Part shown: positions 13,301-22,074 of the stretch, piece by piece
How the letters are laid out: every line of letters begins with the position of its first letter
How positions within the stretch are numbered: position 1 is the first letter of the stretch
DNA from: Enterobacterales bacterium
GTDB taxonomy: Bacteria; Pseudomonadota; Gammaproteobacteria; Enterobacterales; Enterobacteriaceae
Assembly: GCA_039593615.1 (NCBI GenBank)
Contig: JBCNOY010000024.1
Span: 2,382 to 66,381, forward strand
Direction of reading: 5' to 3'
DNA length: 64,000 nucleotides
Translations under genes and position numbers: made by a program
Notes under the pieces: model-generated
Told to the model about the DNA's origin: nothing
Database searches by the model: none
The model's input: the letters and a program-made list of their open reading frames with translations, nothing else

Positions 13301-13840
13301 ATGAAACAGCAGCGGGATGTTCCAGAGCACGCCGATGCGGCACAGCGTGCCAGCTGTGCCGGCGCACGCAGAAAGCGGCGCGAAAGGATGCTGGATGCCA
13401 GTGATATTCGCCTGCTGATGCTGCACTTTCTGGCCAGCGGCGCGGCGCACGGTTATGAGCTGATCAAATCGGTGGAAGAGTTGTCGAAAGGCGAATATTC
13501 CCCCAGCCCCGGCATTATTTATCCCAACCTGACGCTGCTGGAAGAGATGGACGCCATCCGCGTGGTGGATGCCCAGGCCACGCGCAAAGCCTACGCGCTC
13601 AACGATGCGGGCCGCGCACTGCTGGCGGAAAATGGCGAAAACGTGGCGGTGATTATCGGGCGGCTCACTTCGCTGGCGATTCTGGTCAACAACCGTAGCA
13701 TTCCGCAGGTGGAGCAGGCGATCCATACGCTTCGCTATACGCTCAATCACCGGTTATCGCAGGAGCAGATTTCACCGGCCACGGTGGAAATTGTCGTGGC
13801 GGCGCTGCAGGACGCGGCAGAGAAAATCGCCAACAGCTAA
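13301..13840 (+). CDS. PadR-family regulator, YqjI-like
   Basis: HGYELIKSVEELSKGEYSPSPGIIYPNL winged helix; adjacent to the yqjH homologue. Confidence 0.88.
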   Translation: MKQQRDVPEHADAAQRASCAGARRKRRERMLDASDIRLLMLHFLASGAAHGYELIKSVEELSKGEYSPSPGIIYPNLTLLEEMDAIRVVDAQATRKAYALNDAGRALLAENGENVAVIIGRLTSLAILVNNRSIPQVEQAIHTLRYTLNHRLSQEQISPATVEIVVAALQDAAEKIANS

Positions 13841-13845
13841 GCGCG

Positions 13846-14133
13846 TTACGGTTTCTTCTTGTCCACGTGCCCCAGTTCGCGATCCGGCCAGCAGACATCG
13901 CGCACCCGCTGCTTCAGTGCTGCCGCATCGGGAAAGCCGCCTTCCTGTTTGCGTTCCCAAATTACCTGACCATCGATGCTGATCTCGAACACGCCGCCGC
14001 TGCCGGGCTGGAGCGTGACCGCGCTGAGATCGCCGGCAAAGGTATGCAGCAGCTCCTGCGCCATCCACGCCGAACGCAGCAGCCAGTTACATTGGGTACA
14101 GTAGTGAATGGTTACTGCCGGTTTATCTGCCAT
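13846..14133 (-). CDS. SelT/SelW/SelH (Rdx family) thioredoxin-like protein
   Basis: IHYCTQCNWLLRSAWMAQELL, GGVFEI, WERK..GGFP, RELGHVD. Confidence 0.93.
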   Translation of the reverse strand: MADKPAVTIHYCTQCNWLLRSAWMAQELLHTFAGDLSAVTLQPGSGGVFEISIDGQVIWERKQEGGFPDAAALKQRVRDVCWPDRELGHVDKKKP

Positions 14134-14199
14134 CCTATCCCTCCTGTTAGTGCTTGATTAATCATGGGTTAACAAATTGTGCGCACAAAGATACATCTT

Positions 14200-14236
14200 G
14201 ATGCAAATGATATTGATAATGATTACCAATTTCATT
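14200..14236. promoter_or_regulatory. Fur box(es) in the divergent Rdx / TonB-receptor intergenic region
   Basis: gatgcaaatgatattgataatgattaccaatttcatt contains overlapping GATAATGAT-type hexamers. Confidence 0.8.
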
Positions 14237-14475
14237 AAATTGTTTTCGCCATCATTTTACTCTCTATAAATCCCACAGGCATCCCTGCGGCGCCGCTGCC
14301 AGTTATACACGGCAGCTGTGCACTGAAGCGCGCATGACACTGTGCCACAGGTGCCGGGATCGATAACATTATCTGGCCAGCGTGACGCGCTGTTTCACGG
14401 TTTTTAGCATAAAGCCGTGGTTTTCTGGCAGCAAATAAGTGAGCGAATACTAACAATTAACCAGGTATTTCGCGC

Positions 14476-16842
14476 ATGTCTTTACACCTTCAGGGAAATT
14501 TCCGGCAGCGTCTGTTTAACGTCGCTGTCCTTGCTTCAGCCATTCACGCAGCCTGCAGCTATGCCGCCAGCGACAGCAGTACGCTGGCGCGTTCCGCAGA
14601 GAACAACAGCAGCAACGAACCGGTAATGACCGTTACCGCACCTAAGCAGCAGGCCGGCAGCAAAACCACGCTCACCGCCAGCGATCTGCAAAAACGCGGC
14701 GCCAATGACTTCGGTTCGATCATGCGTTATGAGCCGCTGGTCAGCGCCACTGGCGCGGCGGGCGGTTCGTCAGCCGGTAAAAGCGGCTTTGACCGTGCAG
14801 GCTATACCGGCTACAACATTCGCGGTCTGGAAAGTAACCGTGTCGGTCTGGATATTGATGGCATTCCGGTACCGGACGCCACTGGTCGTCCGTACGTCAG
14901 TCGCGCCGGTAACAATACCTTCGGTATCGGTCGCGACTACATCGACCCGTATATGTTTGGCAGCGTCGAAATTGAGAAGGGCGCTACATCGGTGGAACAA
15001 CCTAACACCGCAATCGGCGGTAACGTATCGTTTCATAACAAGTCGCCGGACGACTATCTCAGCAGCGATAAAACCCACTATTTCGGTTATCAGAGCGACT
15101 ACAGTTCGGCAGATCGCAGCTGGCACAACGGCATCACCGCGGCGGCAGGGGATGATGAACTGCGCGGCCTGTTTGTTTACAGCCGCCGCGACGGCCAGCA
15201 GACGCGCAACAACAGCGGCGTAAAAGACGCCTACCCGGCCAACTGGCACTCGGATGCCTTTATGACGTCGGGCATCTGGCAGCCAAACGATCAGCACAAG
15301 CTGAGCGCCACCTTCGACTACTACCACAAAACCAATCACACCCACTACGATACCTGGGACAGCAGCAGCGGCAACACTATTTGGGGCACTGCGCAACAGC
15401 AGAGCGATTCGCGCCGCTGGGGCATTAACCTTGCCGATGAGTGGACGCCGTACAACGAGGTGATCGATACGCTGACCACGCGAATTTACTGGCAGCAAAC
15501 CCAGGCGCACGACACCACCTGGTTACCGACCAGCGCCAGTCAGTACGGCTTCGTCTACTCTGACTACAACGTCGATACCTTAGGGTTTGACACGCGCGCC
15601 AGCAAAACCCTCGGCCGCCACGAACTGAGCGGCGGCGTCAACGCGCGCGTGGAGAACAGCGAGCGTCCGTTCCGCCAGGAGCCGAACCCGGGCACCTTCG
15701 GCACCATCACCCAGCCGCAGTCAGACAGCCGTTCCTGGACCGTGGCCGGTTATCTGCAGGATAAAATCAATTTCGATCTCGATAGCCACAATTTCGCGGT
15801 GATTCCCGGTGTGCGCGTTATTCATCAAAGCACCAAACCAAAGAACCTCGGCGATCTGACCAACGGCAGCACGGTGCTGACCGAAGAGCAGGTGGAAAAA
15901 CTGTACGGCAAGACCAATTCAGACACCGAAGTGCTGCCGTCACTGACCTTCCAGTACGATATCAACCCGGCGCTCACCACCTGGCTGCAATATAAGCGCG
16001 GCGTGGAGTTCCCGACCACCAGCCAGCTGTACGGCTCGTGGAACCTTGGTTCAAGCTACGCCGGCAGCGCGCAGTATGCGCTGATTGGTAATGCCGATCT
16101 GAAAACCGAGACCAGCAACAATTTTGAGTGGGGTCTGAAAGGACAGCCGACCGACGGCATCACCCTCAATACCTCGGTGTTCTACAACACCTACAAAAAC
16201 TTTATTGCCTACACCCGCTATCGCCGCGCCACCAACCCGGCGATGTTCGTCAATGTTCCGGCCAACATCTACACCAGCTATCAGGCTGAGAACCGCGACA
16301 AAGCCTACATTTATGGGGCGGAGATCAGCACCCGCGTCAACTACGGCAGCTGGTTCCCGACCGTGGATGGACTGAGCAGCACGTTCGCGCTCGGCTACAG
16401 CGAGGGTAAAGCGAAATCCCGCTATCTGGGCGACAAATACATCGATCTCGACAGTGTCGCGCCGCTAAAAGCGATTGTCGGCGTCGCGTGGGACGACAAA
16501 GCGCGCAGTTACGGCGCGGCGCTCACCGCCACCTTCGTCAAAGGCAAACAGGCCAGCGCCACCAACCGTGAGAGCTACAGCAACAGCGGGGCGGCCATCA
16601 GCGACGCCAGCAGCGAATACATGCGCGTGCCGGGCTACGGCCTGATCGATGCCACCGCGTACTGGCAGCTGACGAAAAATGTCAGGCTGAGCGGCGGTGT
16701 CTACAACATTACCGATCGTAAATACTGGGATTACCTCAGCAGCCGCACGCTGACCAGCGCCAGCGCGCAGGAGCGCAACGACATCAATCTGGCCGTGATG
16801 CCGGGACGCACCTGGCAACTGGGCGTGAACGTCGACTTCTAA
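14476..16842 (+). CDS. TonB-dependent haem/haemoglobin-type outer-membrane receptor
   Basis: Signal peptide, TonB-box-like VMTVTA, plug motif YNIRG...IDG, YNITDRKYWDY, PGRTWQLGVNVDF with terminal Phe; upstream of hmuSTUV. Confidence 0.92.
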   Translation: MSLHLQGNFRQRLFNVAVLASAIHAACSYAASDSSTLARSAENNSSNEPVMTVTAPKQQAGSKTTLTASDLQKRGANDFGSIMRYEPLVSATGAAGGSSAGKSGFDRAGYTGYNIRGLESNRVGLDIDGIPVPDATGRPYVSRAGNNTFGIGRDYIDPYMFGSVEIEKGATSVEQPNTAIGGNVSFHNKSPDDYLSSDKTHYFGYQSDYSSADRSWHNGITAAAGDDELRGLFVYSRRDGQQTRNNSGVKDAYPANWHSDAFMTSGIWQPNDQHKLSATFDYYHKTNHTHYDTWDSSSGNTIWGTAQQQSDSRRWGINLADEWTPYNEVIDTLTTRIYWQQTQAHDTTWLPTSASQYGFVYSDYNVDTLGFDTRASKTLGRHELSGGVNARVENSERPFRQEPNPGTFGTITQPQSDSRSWTVAGYLQDKINFDLDSHNFAVIPGVRVIHQSTKPKNLGDLTNGSTVLTEEQVEKLYGKTNSDTEVLPSLTFQYDINPALTTWLQYKRGVEFPTTSQLYGSWNLGSSYAGSAQYALIGNADLKTETSNNFEWGLKGQPTDGITLNTSVFYNTYKNFIAYTRYRRATNPAMFVNVPANIYTSYQAENRDKAYIYGAEISTRVNYGSWFPTVDGLSSTFALGYSEGKAKSRYLGDKYIDLDSVAPLKAIVGVAWDDKARSYGAALTATFVKGKQASATNRESYSNSGAAISDASSEYMRVPGYGLIDATAYWQLTKNVRLSGGVYNITDRKYWDYLSSRTLTSASAQERNDINLAVMPGRTWQLGVNVDF

Positions 16843-16892
16843 TCACTTTTCGCCCTGCGGTGGCGCAGGGCATTTTCACGGGAGCAAGCGCA

Positions 16893-17924
16893 ATGCATCA
16901 ACGCTATCAACACTATCTGGCGCTGAAAGGCCAGCAGCCAAAAATGTACGCGCGTGATTTAGCCGCGCTGATGGGCATAGGGGAAGCACAGCTGTGCGAA
17001 GCGCGCGTGGGCCACGACGCGCAGCCGCTGCGCGCCGATTTTCCGGCGCTGCTGACGGCGCTGGCGGCAGTGGGTGAGACCAAAAGTATTACGCGCAATG
17101 CCTGGGCGGTGCACGAACAGGTGGGAACCTACAGCAATCTGCATCTCGGCGAACATGGCGGGCTGGTGCTTAATCCGCGTGCGCTTGACCAGCGTCTGTT
17201 TCCCGCGCAGTGGCACAGTGCTTTCTTCCTGCGCGAGCAGACCGCGCACGGCGAACGACAGAGCATACAGATTTTCGATCGTCACGCTGATGCGGTGCTG
17301 AAAATCTACACCACCGCGCAAACGGAGATGCCGGCGTGGCAGGCATTGATTGAGCGCTTCCGGCTGGCGCACGCGCCTCAGCTGCAGCCGCAGCCGGTCA
17401 GCGCCACGCCGTTCAGCGACAGGGTGGATGCCGGCACTGTCGAAGCGGAGTGGCGTGCCATGACCGATGTGCATCAGTTCTTTGGCCTGCTGAAGCGTCA
17501 CCATCTCTCGCGACCGCAGGCGTTTCGCGCGGTGCCGGATGATTTAGCGCGTCAGGTGAGCAACACCGCGCTGGCAACGCTGCTGGCCCAGGTTCAGCAG
17601 GATGGCAATGAAATTATGATCTTCGTCGGCAATCGCGGCTGTACCCAGATCTTTACCGGCACTATCGGGAAAGTGGTGCCGCTGGATAACTGGATTAACG
17701 TTTTTAATCCCACGTTCACGCTGCATCTGATGGCGGATCGCATTCACGAGAGCTGGGTGACGCGCAAGCCGGGCGGCGATGGCTTCGTCACCAGTCTGGA
17801 GCTGTTTGCTGCCGATGGCACGCAGATTGCCCAGCTGTACGGCCAGCGCAGCGAGGGCACGCCGGAACAGGCACGCTGGCGCGAGCAGGTGATGGCGCTG
17901 ACGCTGACAGGAGCCGCCGCATGA
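16893..17924 (+). CDS. hmuS: Haem-degrading/trafficking protein HemS/HmuS
   Basis: YARDLA, TRN..AVHEQVG, NPRALD, MTDVHQFF (haem-ligand His), FVGNRGC; ATG 16893 after GGAG. Confidence 0.93.
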   Translation: MHQRYQHYLALKGQQPKMYARDLAALMGIGEAQLCEARVGHDAQPLRADFPALLTALAAVGETKSITRNAWAVHEQVGTYSNLHLGEHGGLVLNPRALDQRLFPAQWHSAFFLREQTAHGERQSIQIFDRHADAVLKIYTTAQTEMPAWQALIERFRLAHAPQLQPQPVSATPFSDRVDAGTVEAEWRAMTDVHQFFGLLKRHHLSRPQAFRAVPDDLARQVSNTALATLLAQVQQDGNEIMIFVGNRGCTQIFTGTIGKVVPLDNWINVFNPTFTLHLMADRIHESWVTRKPGGDGFVTSLELFAADGTQIAQLYGQRSEGTPEQARWREQVMALTLTGAAA

Positions 17925-18745
17925 AAGCGCTGATCCTGACACTGCTTGCTCTGCTGACGCTGCCGGCGTGGGCGGCGCAGCGCATCATTACTATCGGGGG
18001 CGATGTAACGCAGATCGTCTATGCGCTGGATGCGCAGGCGCAGCTGGTGGCACGCGACAGCACCAGCCAGCATCCGGCGGCGGCCACCAGGCTGCCGGAT
18101 GTCGGCTACATGCGCCAGCTCAACGCGGAAGGCATTCTGGCGCTGAAACCGACGCTGGTACTGGCCAGCGCGCTGGCTAAACCATCGCTGGTGTTGCAGC
18201 AGGTGGCGGACGCCGGGGTAACGGTGGTGGAGGTCAGTGGGGATAACCGCCTCGACGCCATCACGGACAAAATCGCCACTATTGGCAAAGCGCTGCAGCG
18301 TGAACAGGCGGCCCGCGCGTTGATCGACAAGGTCAACAAACAGCGTGCGCAGCTACCGCAGCAGCCGCTGTCGGTGAAAGTGCTGTTTATCATGGCGCAC
18401 GGCGGTTTACGCACCCAGGCGGCTGGTGCGCAGACCGGCGCTGACGGCGCAATTCGCGCTGCCGGCCTGATTAATGCCATGGGCGCGGTGCCGCATTATC
18501 AGCAGCTGTCGCAGGAGGGCGTCGTGGCGGCGGCACCGGATTTGGTGGTGGTCGGCGAAGAGGGGCTGCGCACGCTGGGAGGCGAACAGGCGATGTGGGC
18601 GCTGCCGGGCCTGCAGCTGACGCCGGCCGGCCAGCATCACGCGCTGCTGGTGATTGATGAGATGGCGCTGCTGAGTTTCGGCCTCGATACGCCGGACGCG
18701 ATTTTGCGCCTGCGCCATGCGGCGGAAGCCGTGCAGCATGATTAA
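17921..18745 (+). CDS. hmuT: Haem ABC transporter periplasmic binding protein
   Basis: GGDVTQIVYAL, RDSTS, DVGYMRQLNAEG (haem-ligand Tyr); signal peptide. Confidence 0.93.
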   Translation: MKALILTLLALLTLPAWAAQRIITIGGDVTQIVYALDAQAQLVARDSTSQHPAAATRLPDVGYMRQLNAEGILALKPTLVLASALAKPSLVLQQVADAGVTVVEVSGDNRLDAITDKIATIGKALQREQAARALIDKVNKQRAQLPQQPLSVKVLFIMAHGGLRTQAAGAQTGADGAIRAAGLINAMGAVPHYQQLSQEGVVAAAPDLVVVGEEGLRTLGGEQAMWALPGLQLTPAGQHHALLVIDEMALLSFGLDTPDAILRLRHAAEAVQHD

Positions 18746-19739
18746 CCGCCTGATGATGCGCTGGCTGATGTTAATGAGTATCAGCATGCTGGTGTGCATG
18801 CTGCTGGCGGCCAACCTCGGCGCGATGCCGCTGTCGCTGCGCACGCTGTGGCAGGCGCCGCTCAGCGATCTGGCCTGGCAAATCTGGCTCACAATTCGCC
18901 TGCCGCGCGTATTGCTGGCGGTGCTGACTGGCATGGCGCTGGCGGTGTCCGGTGCGGTGATGCAGGGGCTGTTTCGTAATCCGCTGGCCGATCCCGGACT
19001 GCTGGGTATCAGCAGCGGTGCCGGGCTGGCGGTGGCGCTCTCAGTGGTGTTGCCGCTCAGCCTGCCGCCGCTGCTGGCGCTGTGGCTGCCCTCGCTGGCA
19101 GCGTTTGCCGGCAGCCTGGTAGTGACGCTGCTGATCTTCAGCTTTAGCCGGCTGGCGCAGGGCCAGCTGGCGCGCCTGCTGCTGGTGGGCATTGCGATTA
19201 ATGCGCTATGCGGCGCGGCGGTTGGCGTGCTGTCTTGGCTGAGCAACGACCAGCAGCTGCGTCAGCTGTCGCTGTGGGGCATGGGCAGCCTGACGGGTGC
19301 CCAGTGGCCGAGCCTGCTGGTGTGTGCGCTGCTGATCGTCCCGGCGCTGCTGCTGGTGCAGACGCGCGCGCGTCGCCTCAATCTGCTGCAGCTGGGCGAA
19401 GAGGACGCGCACTATATGGGTGTCGATGTTAAACGCACGCAGCGCCAGCTGCTGGTGCTGAGTGCGCTGCTGGTGGGCACGGCGGTGGCGGTCAGCGGTA
19501 TTATCGGTTTTGTCGGGCTGGTGGTGCCGCACGTGATGCGTTTTTGTCTCGGCAGTGACCATCGCTGGCTGCTGCCGGGCGCGGCGCTGGCGGGAGCGAT
19601 TCTGCTGTTGCTGGCAGATACGCTGGCGCGCACCGTGGTGATTCCGGCTGAAATGCCGGTCGGGCTGCTAACCAGTCTGCTGGGCGGGCCGTGGTTCCTG
19701 TGGCAGATTCTGCGCCAGCAAAGGGGGCTGAATGAGTGA
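18738..19739 (+). CDS. hmuU: Haem ABC transporter permease (FecCD family)
   Basis: IRLPR, QGLFRNPLADPGLLGISSGA, LGEEDAHYMG, GIIGFVGLVVPH. Confidence 0.93.
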   Translation: MINRLMMRWLMLMSISMLVCMLLAANLGAMPLSLRTLWQAPLSDLAWQIWLTIRLPRVLLAVLTGMALAVSGAVMQGLFRNPLADPGLLGISSGAGLAVALSVVLPLSLPPLLALWLPSLAAFAGSLVVTLLIFSFSRLAQGQLARLLLVGIAINALCGAAVGVLSWLSNDQQLRQLSLWGMGSLTGAQWPSLLVCALLIVPALLLVQTRARRLNLLQLGEEDAHYMGVDVKRTQRQLLVLSALLVGTAVAVSGIIGFVGLVVPHVMRFCLGSDHRWLLPGAALAGAILLLLADTLARTVVIPAEMPVGLLTSLLGGPWFLWQILRQQRGLNE

Positions 19740-20511
19740 GCAGTTGCAGGCGCGCGGACTGCGGTTTTGCCGGGGAACGCGTACCTTAATCGATGATATT
19801 TCCCTGACGCTACCGCCGGGCGAAATGGTTGCCCTGATCGGTCCTAACGGTGCCGGTAAGTCGACGCTGCTGCGGCTGCTGACCGGCTTTCTGCACGCGG
19901 ACGCCGGCGAATGCTGGCTGGGCGATCGTCCACTGGCGGCCTGGCCACGCGAACCGCTGGCGCAGCGCCGCGCGGTGATGCGCCAGCAAAACAGCGTCAC
20001 CTTTCCGCTGCCGGCTGCCGACGTGGTGGCGATGGGGCGCGCACCCTGGCCGACCGGTAACTGCCAGGCGGTGGTGCAGGAGGTGATGCAGTTAACCGGC
20101 AGCGCGCCGCTGGCGCAGCGCGACTATCGCTCGCTGTCGGGCGGGGAGCAGCAGCGCGTGCAGCTGGCCCGGGTGCTGGCGCAGCTGTGGCATGACGACG
20201 GCCCGCGCGGCTGGCTGCTGCTGGATGAACCCACCTCCGCGCTCGATCTCTACTGGCAGCAGTCCACTCTGCGCCTGCTGCACCAGCTGACGCGCAATGG
20301 CCGCTTCAGCGTCTGCGCGGTGCTGCACGATTTGAATCTCGCCTCACTGTGGTCGGATCGGGTGTTGTTGTTACACCACGGCCAGCTGGTGGCGCAGGGC
20401 GCGCCGCACGCGGTGATGACCGAACCGATCCTGATGCGCTGGTATCAGGCCGACCTGCAGGTGGTTACGCCGCCAGCGCAGGATCGGCCGCAGATACAGT
20501 TGCGGCCATAA
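19732..20511 (+). CDS. hmuV: Haem ABC transporter ATPase
   Basis: GPNGAGKST, LSGGEQQRVQLARVLAQL, LLDEPTSALD, HDLNLA. Confidence 0.94.
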   Translation: MSEQLQARGLRFCRGTRTLIDDISLTLPPGEMVALIGPNGAGKSTLLRLLTGFLHADAGECWLGDRPLAAWPREPLAQRRAVMRQQNSVTFPLPAADVVAMGRAPWPTGNCQAVVQEVMQLTGSAPLAQRDYRSLSGGEQQRVQLARVLAQLWHDDGPRGWLLLDEPTSALDLYWQQSTLRLLHQLTRNGRFSVCAVLHDLNLASLWSDRVLLLHHGQLVAQGAPHAVMTEPILMRWYQADLQVVTPPAQDRPQIQLRP

Positions 20512-20521
20512 CTGCACCGGG

Positions 20522-21514
20522 TCAGGGCGCCTGGCGGCAATCGACAATCAGCCGCCCACGCACCTGGCCCGCCAGCAGCTGTTCTGCGCCTGCGCGCGCC
20601 TCACTCAGTGGAATCACTTTGGTCATCTGCTCCAGCAGCGCGCCGTCAACCAGCTCCGCCAGACGCTGCCACGCCTGCTGACGCAGCGGTTTGGCGCACA
20701 TCACGCTGTCCACGCCGGCCAGCGTAACGCCGCGCAGAATAAACGGCGCAACGCTGGTGGGCAGATCGAGGCCCTGCGCCATGCCGCAGGCGGCGACCAC
20801 GCCGTCGCGCTGGATCCCGGCTAACACATTGGCCAGCGTGTGGCTGCCGACGCTATCGATCGCGGCGGCCCAGCGCTCTTTCGCCAGCGGTTTGCCGGGC
20901 GCGCTCAGTTCGTTACGGTCGATAATCGCGGAGGCGCCGAGCGTATCGAGGAGGTAGGCGCTGTCGCTGGCGCGGCCGCTGGATGCCACGACCTCATAGC
21001 CGAGACGTGCCAGCAGGCTCACGCTGAAGCTGCCCACGCCGCCGCTGGCACCGGTAACCAGCACCGGACCGTGCTGCGGTGTGATGCCCTGTTTTTCCAG
21101 CGCCAGCACGCACAGCATCGCGGTAAAGCCGGCGGTGCCAATCGCCATGGTTTGCAGCGGGCTGAGCGCCGCCGGGACCTTGACCAGCCAGTCGCCGGAG
21201 ACGCTGGCTTTCTGCGCCAGCCCGCCCCAGTGTTTTTCACCCACGCCCCAGCCGGTGAGCAGCGCAACATCGTCCTGCTGCCACTCCGGATGACGGCTGT
21301 GGATCACCCGGCCAACAAAATCGATGCCCGGCACCATGGGAAACTGGCGCACAATCGGCCCTTTATTGCAGATGGCCAGCGCGTCTTTGTAATTGAGGGT
21401 GGAGTAGCTTACTTCGAGGGTAACATCCTGATCGGGCAATTGTTGCTCTGACAGATCCTGCAGGGATGTGCGGTATCCCTGTTCATCATTTTCAATGACC
21501 AGTGCCTTGAACAT
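20522..21514 (-). CDS. MDR-family oxidoreductase, YhdH/AcuI (acrylyl-CoA reductase)-like
   Basis: YSTLNYKDALA, PGIDFVG, AIGTAGFTAML, TGASGGVGS, PFILRGVTLAGVDSV. Confidence 0.9.
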   Translation of the reverse strand: MFKALVIENDEQGYRTSLQDLSEQQLPDQDVTLEVSYSTLNYKDALAICNKGPIVRQFPMVPGIDFVGRVIHSRHPEWQQDDVALLTGWGVGEKHWGGLAQKASVSGDWLVKVPAALSPLQTMAIGTAGFTAMLCVLALEKQGITPQHGPVLVTGASGGVGSFSVSLLARLGYEVVASSGRASDSAYLLDTLGASAIIDRNELSAPGKPLAKERWAAAIDSVGSHTLANVLAGIQRDGVVAACGMAQGLDLPTSVAPFILRGVTLAGVDSVMCAKPLRQQAWQRLAELVDGALLEQMTKVIPLSEARAGAEQLLAGQVRGRLIVDCRQAP

Positions 21515-21744
21515 GCAGCCTCCGGCTGGTTGGGAGAAGTGCGCTCCATAGTACGCTTCTGCCGCAGGGAGTGCCAGGCGGATGGGCGCGGCAGGCGGTC
21601 GCTATCGCACCGGTGTTACATTCTGCATAACTTTGCGTAATCTTCGACTATTCAGGCAGTTAAAAATAGACGCCTTAACTATTATTCATGTAAATCAATG
21701 AAGTGGCGCATTGGCGTTCTGCATCAAAATTCCGCGCTGATTGG

Positions 21745-21773
21745 TTGTTCCCGGTAAAAAAAGATGCCATCAT
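21745..21773 (+). promoter_or_regulatory. Candidate sigma70 promoter for the speC leader transcript
   Basis: TTGTTC-N17-CATCAT with TGn extended -10. Confidence 0.45.
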
Positions 21774-21817
21774 GTCGCCCGAATTTCTTCCCCATCTTCA
21801 TCGCTGAGGACGCCGCC

Positions 21818-21916
21818 ATGTCCGGTACAATGCACATCTGCACTTGTCGCCGTGCGCTTCATGACAAGCGCGCCTCTGTCATCTGTTGTTCGCATTTCCC
21901 GCTCACCATGCGGTGA
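21818..21916 (+). CDS. Putative 32-aa leader peptide MSGTMHICTCRRALHDKRASVICCSHFPLTMR upstream of speC
   Basis: GAGGA (21806-21810) 7 nt before ATG; manual translation; RRxxH...HF...R-stop pattern recalls SpeFL. Confidence 0.55.
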   Translation: MSGTMHICTCRRALHDKRASVICCSHFPLTMR

Positions 21917-22074
21917 GGCTACGCCCCGTTCGCTGTTGGATATGAGTAAAGACAGACGCGATCTGGCTTTACTGATGTCTATCGGTTGCGGCCGCCGGAC
22001 GTTATTCGCCGGGGAAATTTCCTCATTGCTGTGCCACTGGCACCCACTCATCCTTCATTACGGGGATTTGTGTT

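Noticed and set aside
13846-14133. Selenoprotein
   Set aside because: The motif is CxxC with ordinary Cys codons; no in-frame UGA
14334-14366. 10-codon uORF MTLCHRCRDR with CxxC upstream of the haem receptor (possible hemP substitute)
   Set aside because: No convincing SD and too short to distinguish from chance; no similarity to HemP
21622-21690. ArgR boxes upstream of the speC leader (tgcataactttgcg; taactattattca)
   Set aside because: Partial matches that are not arranged as the tandem boxes 3 bp apart typical of ArgR sites
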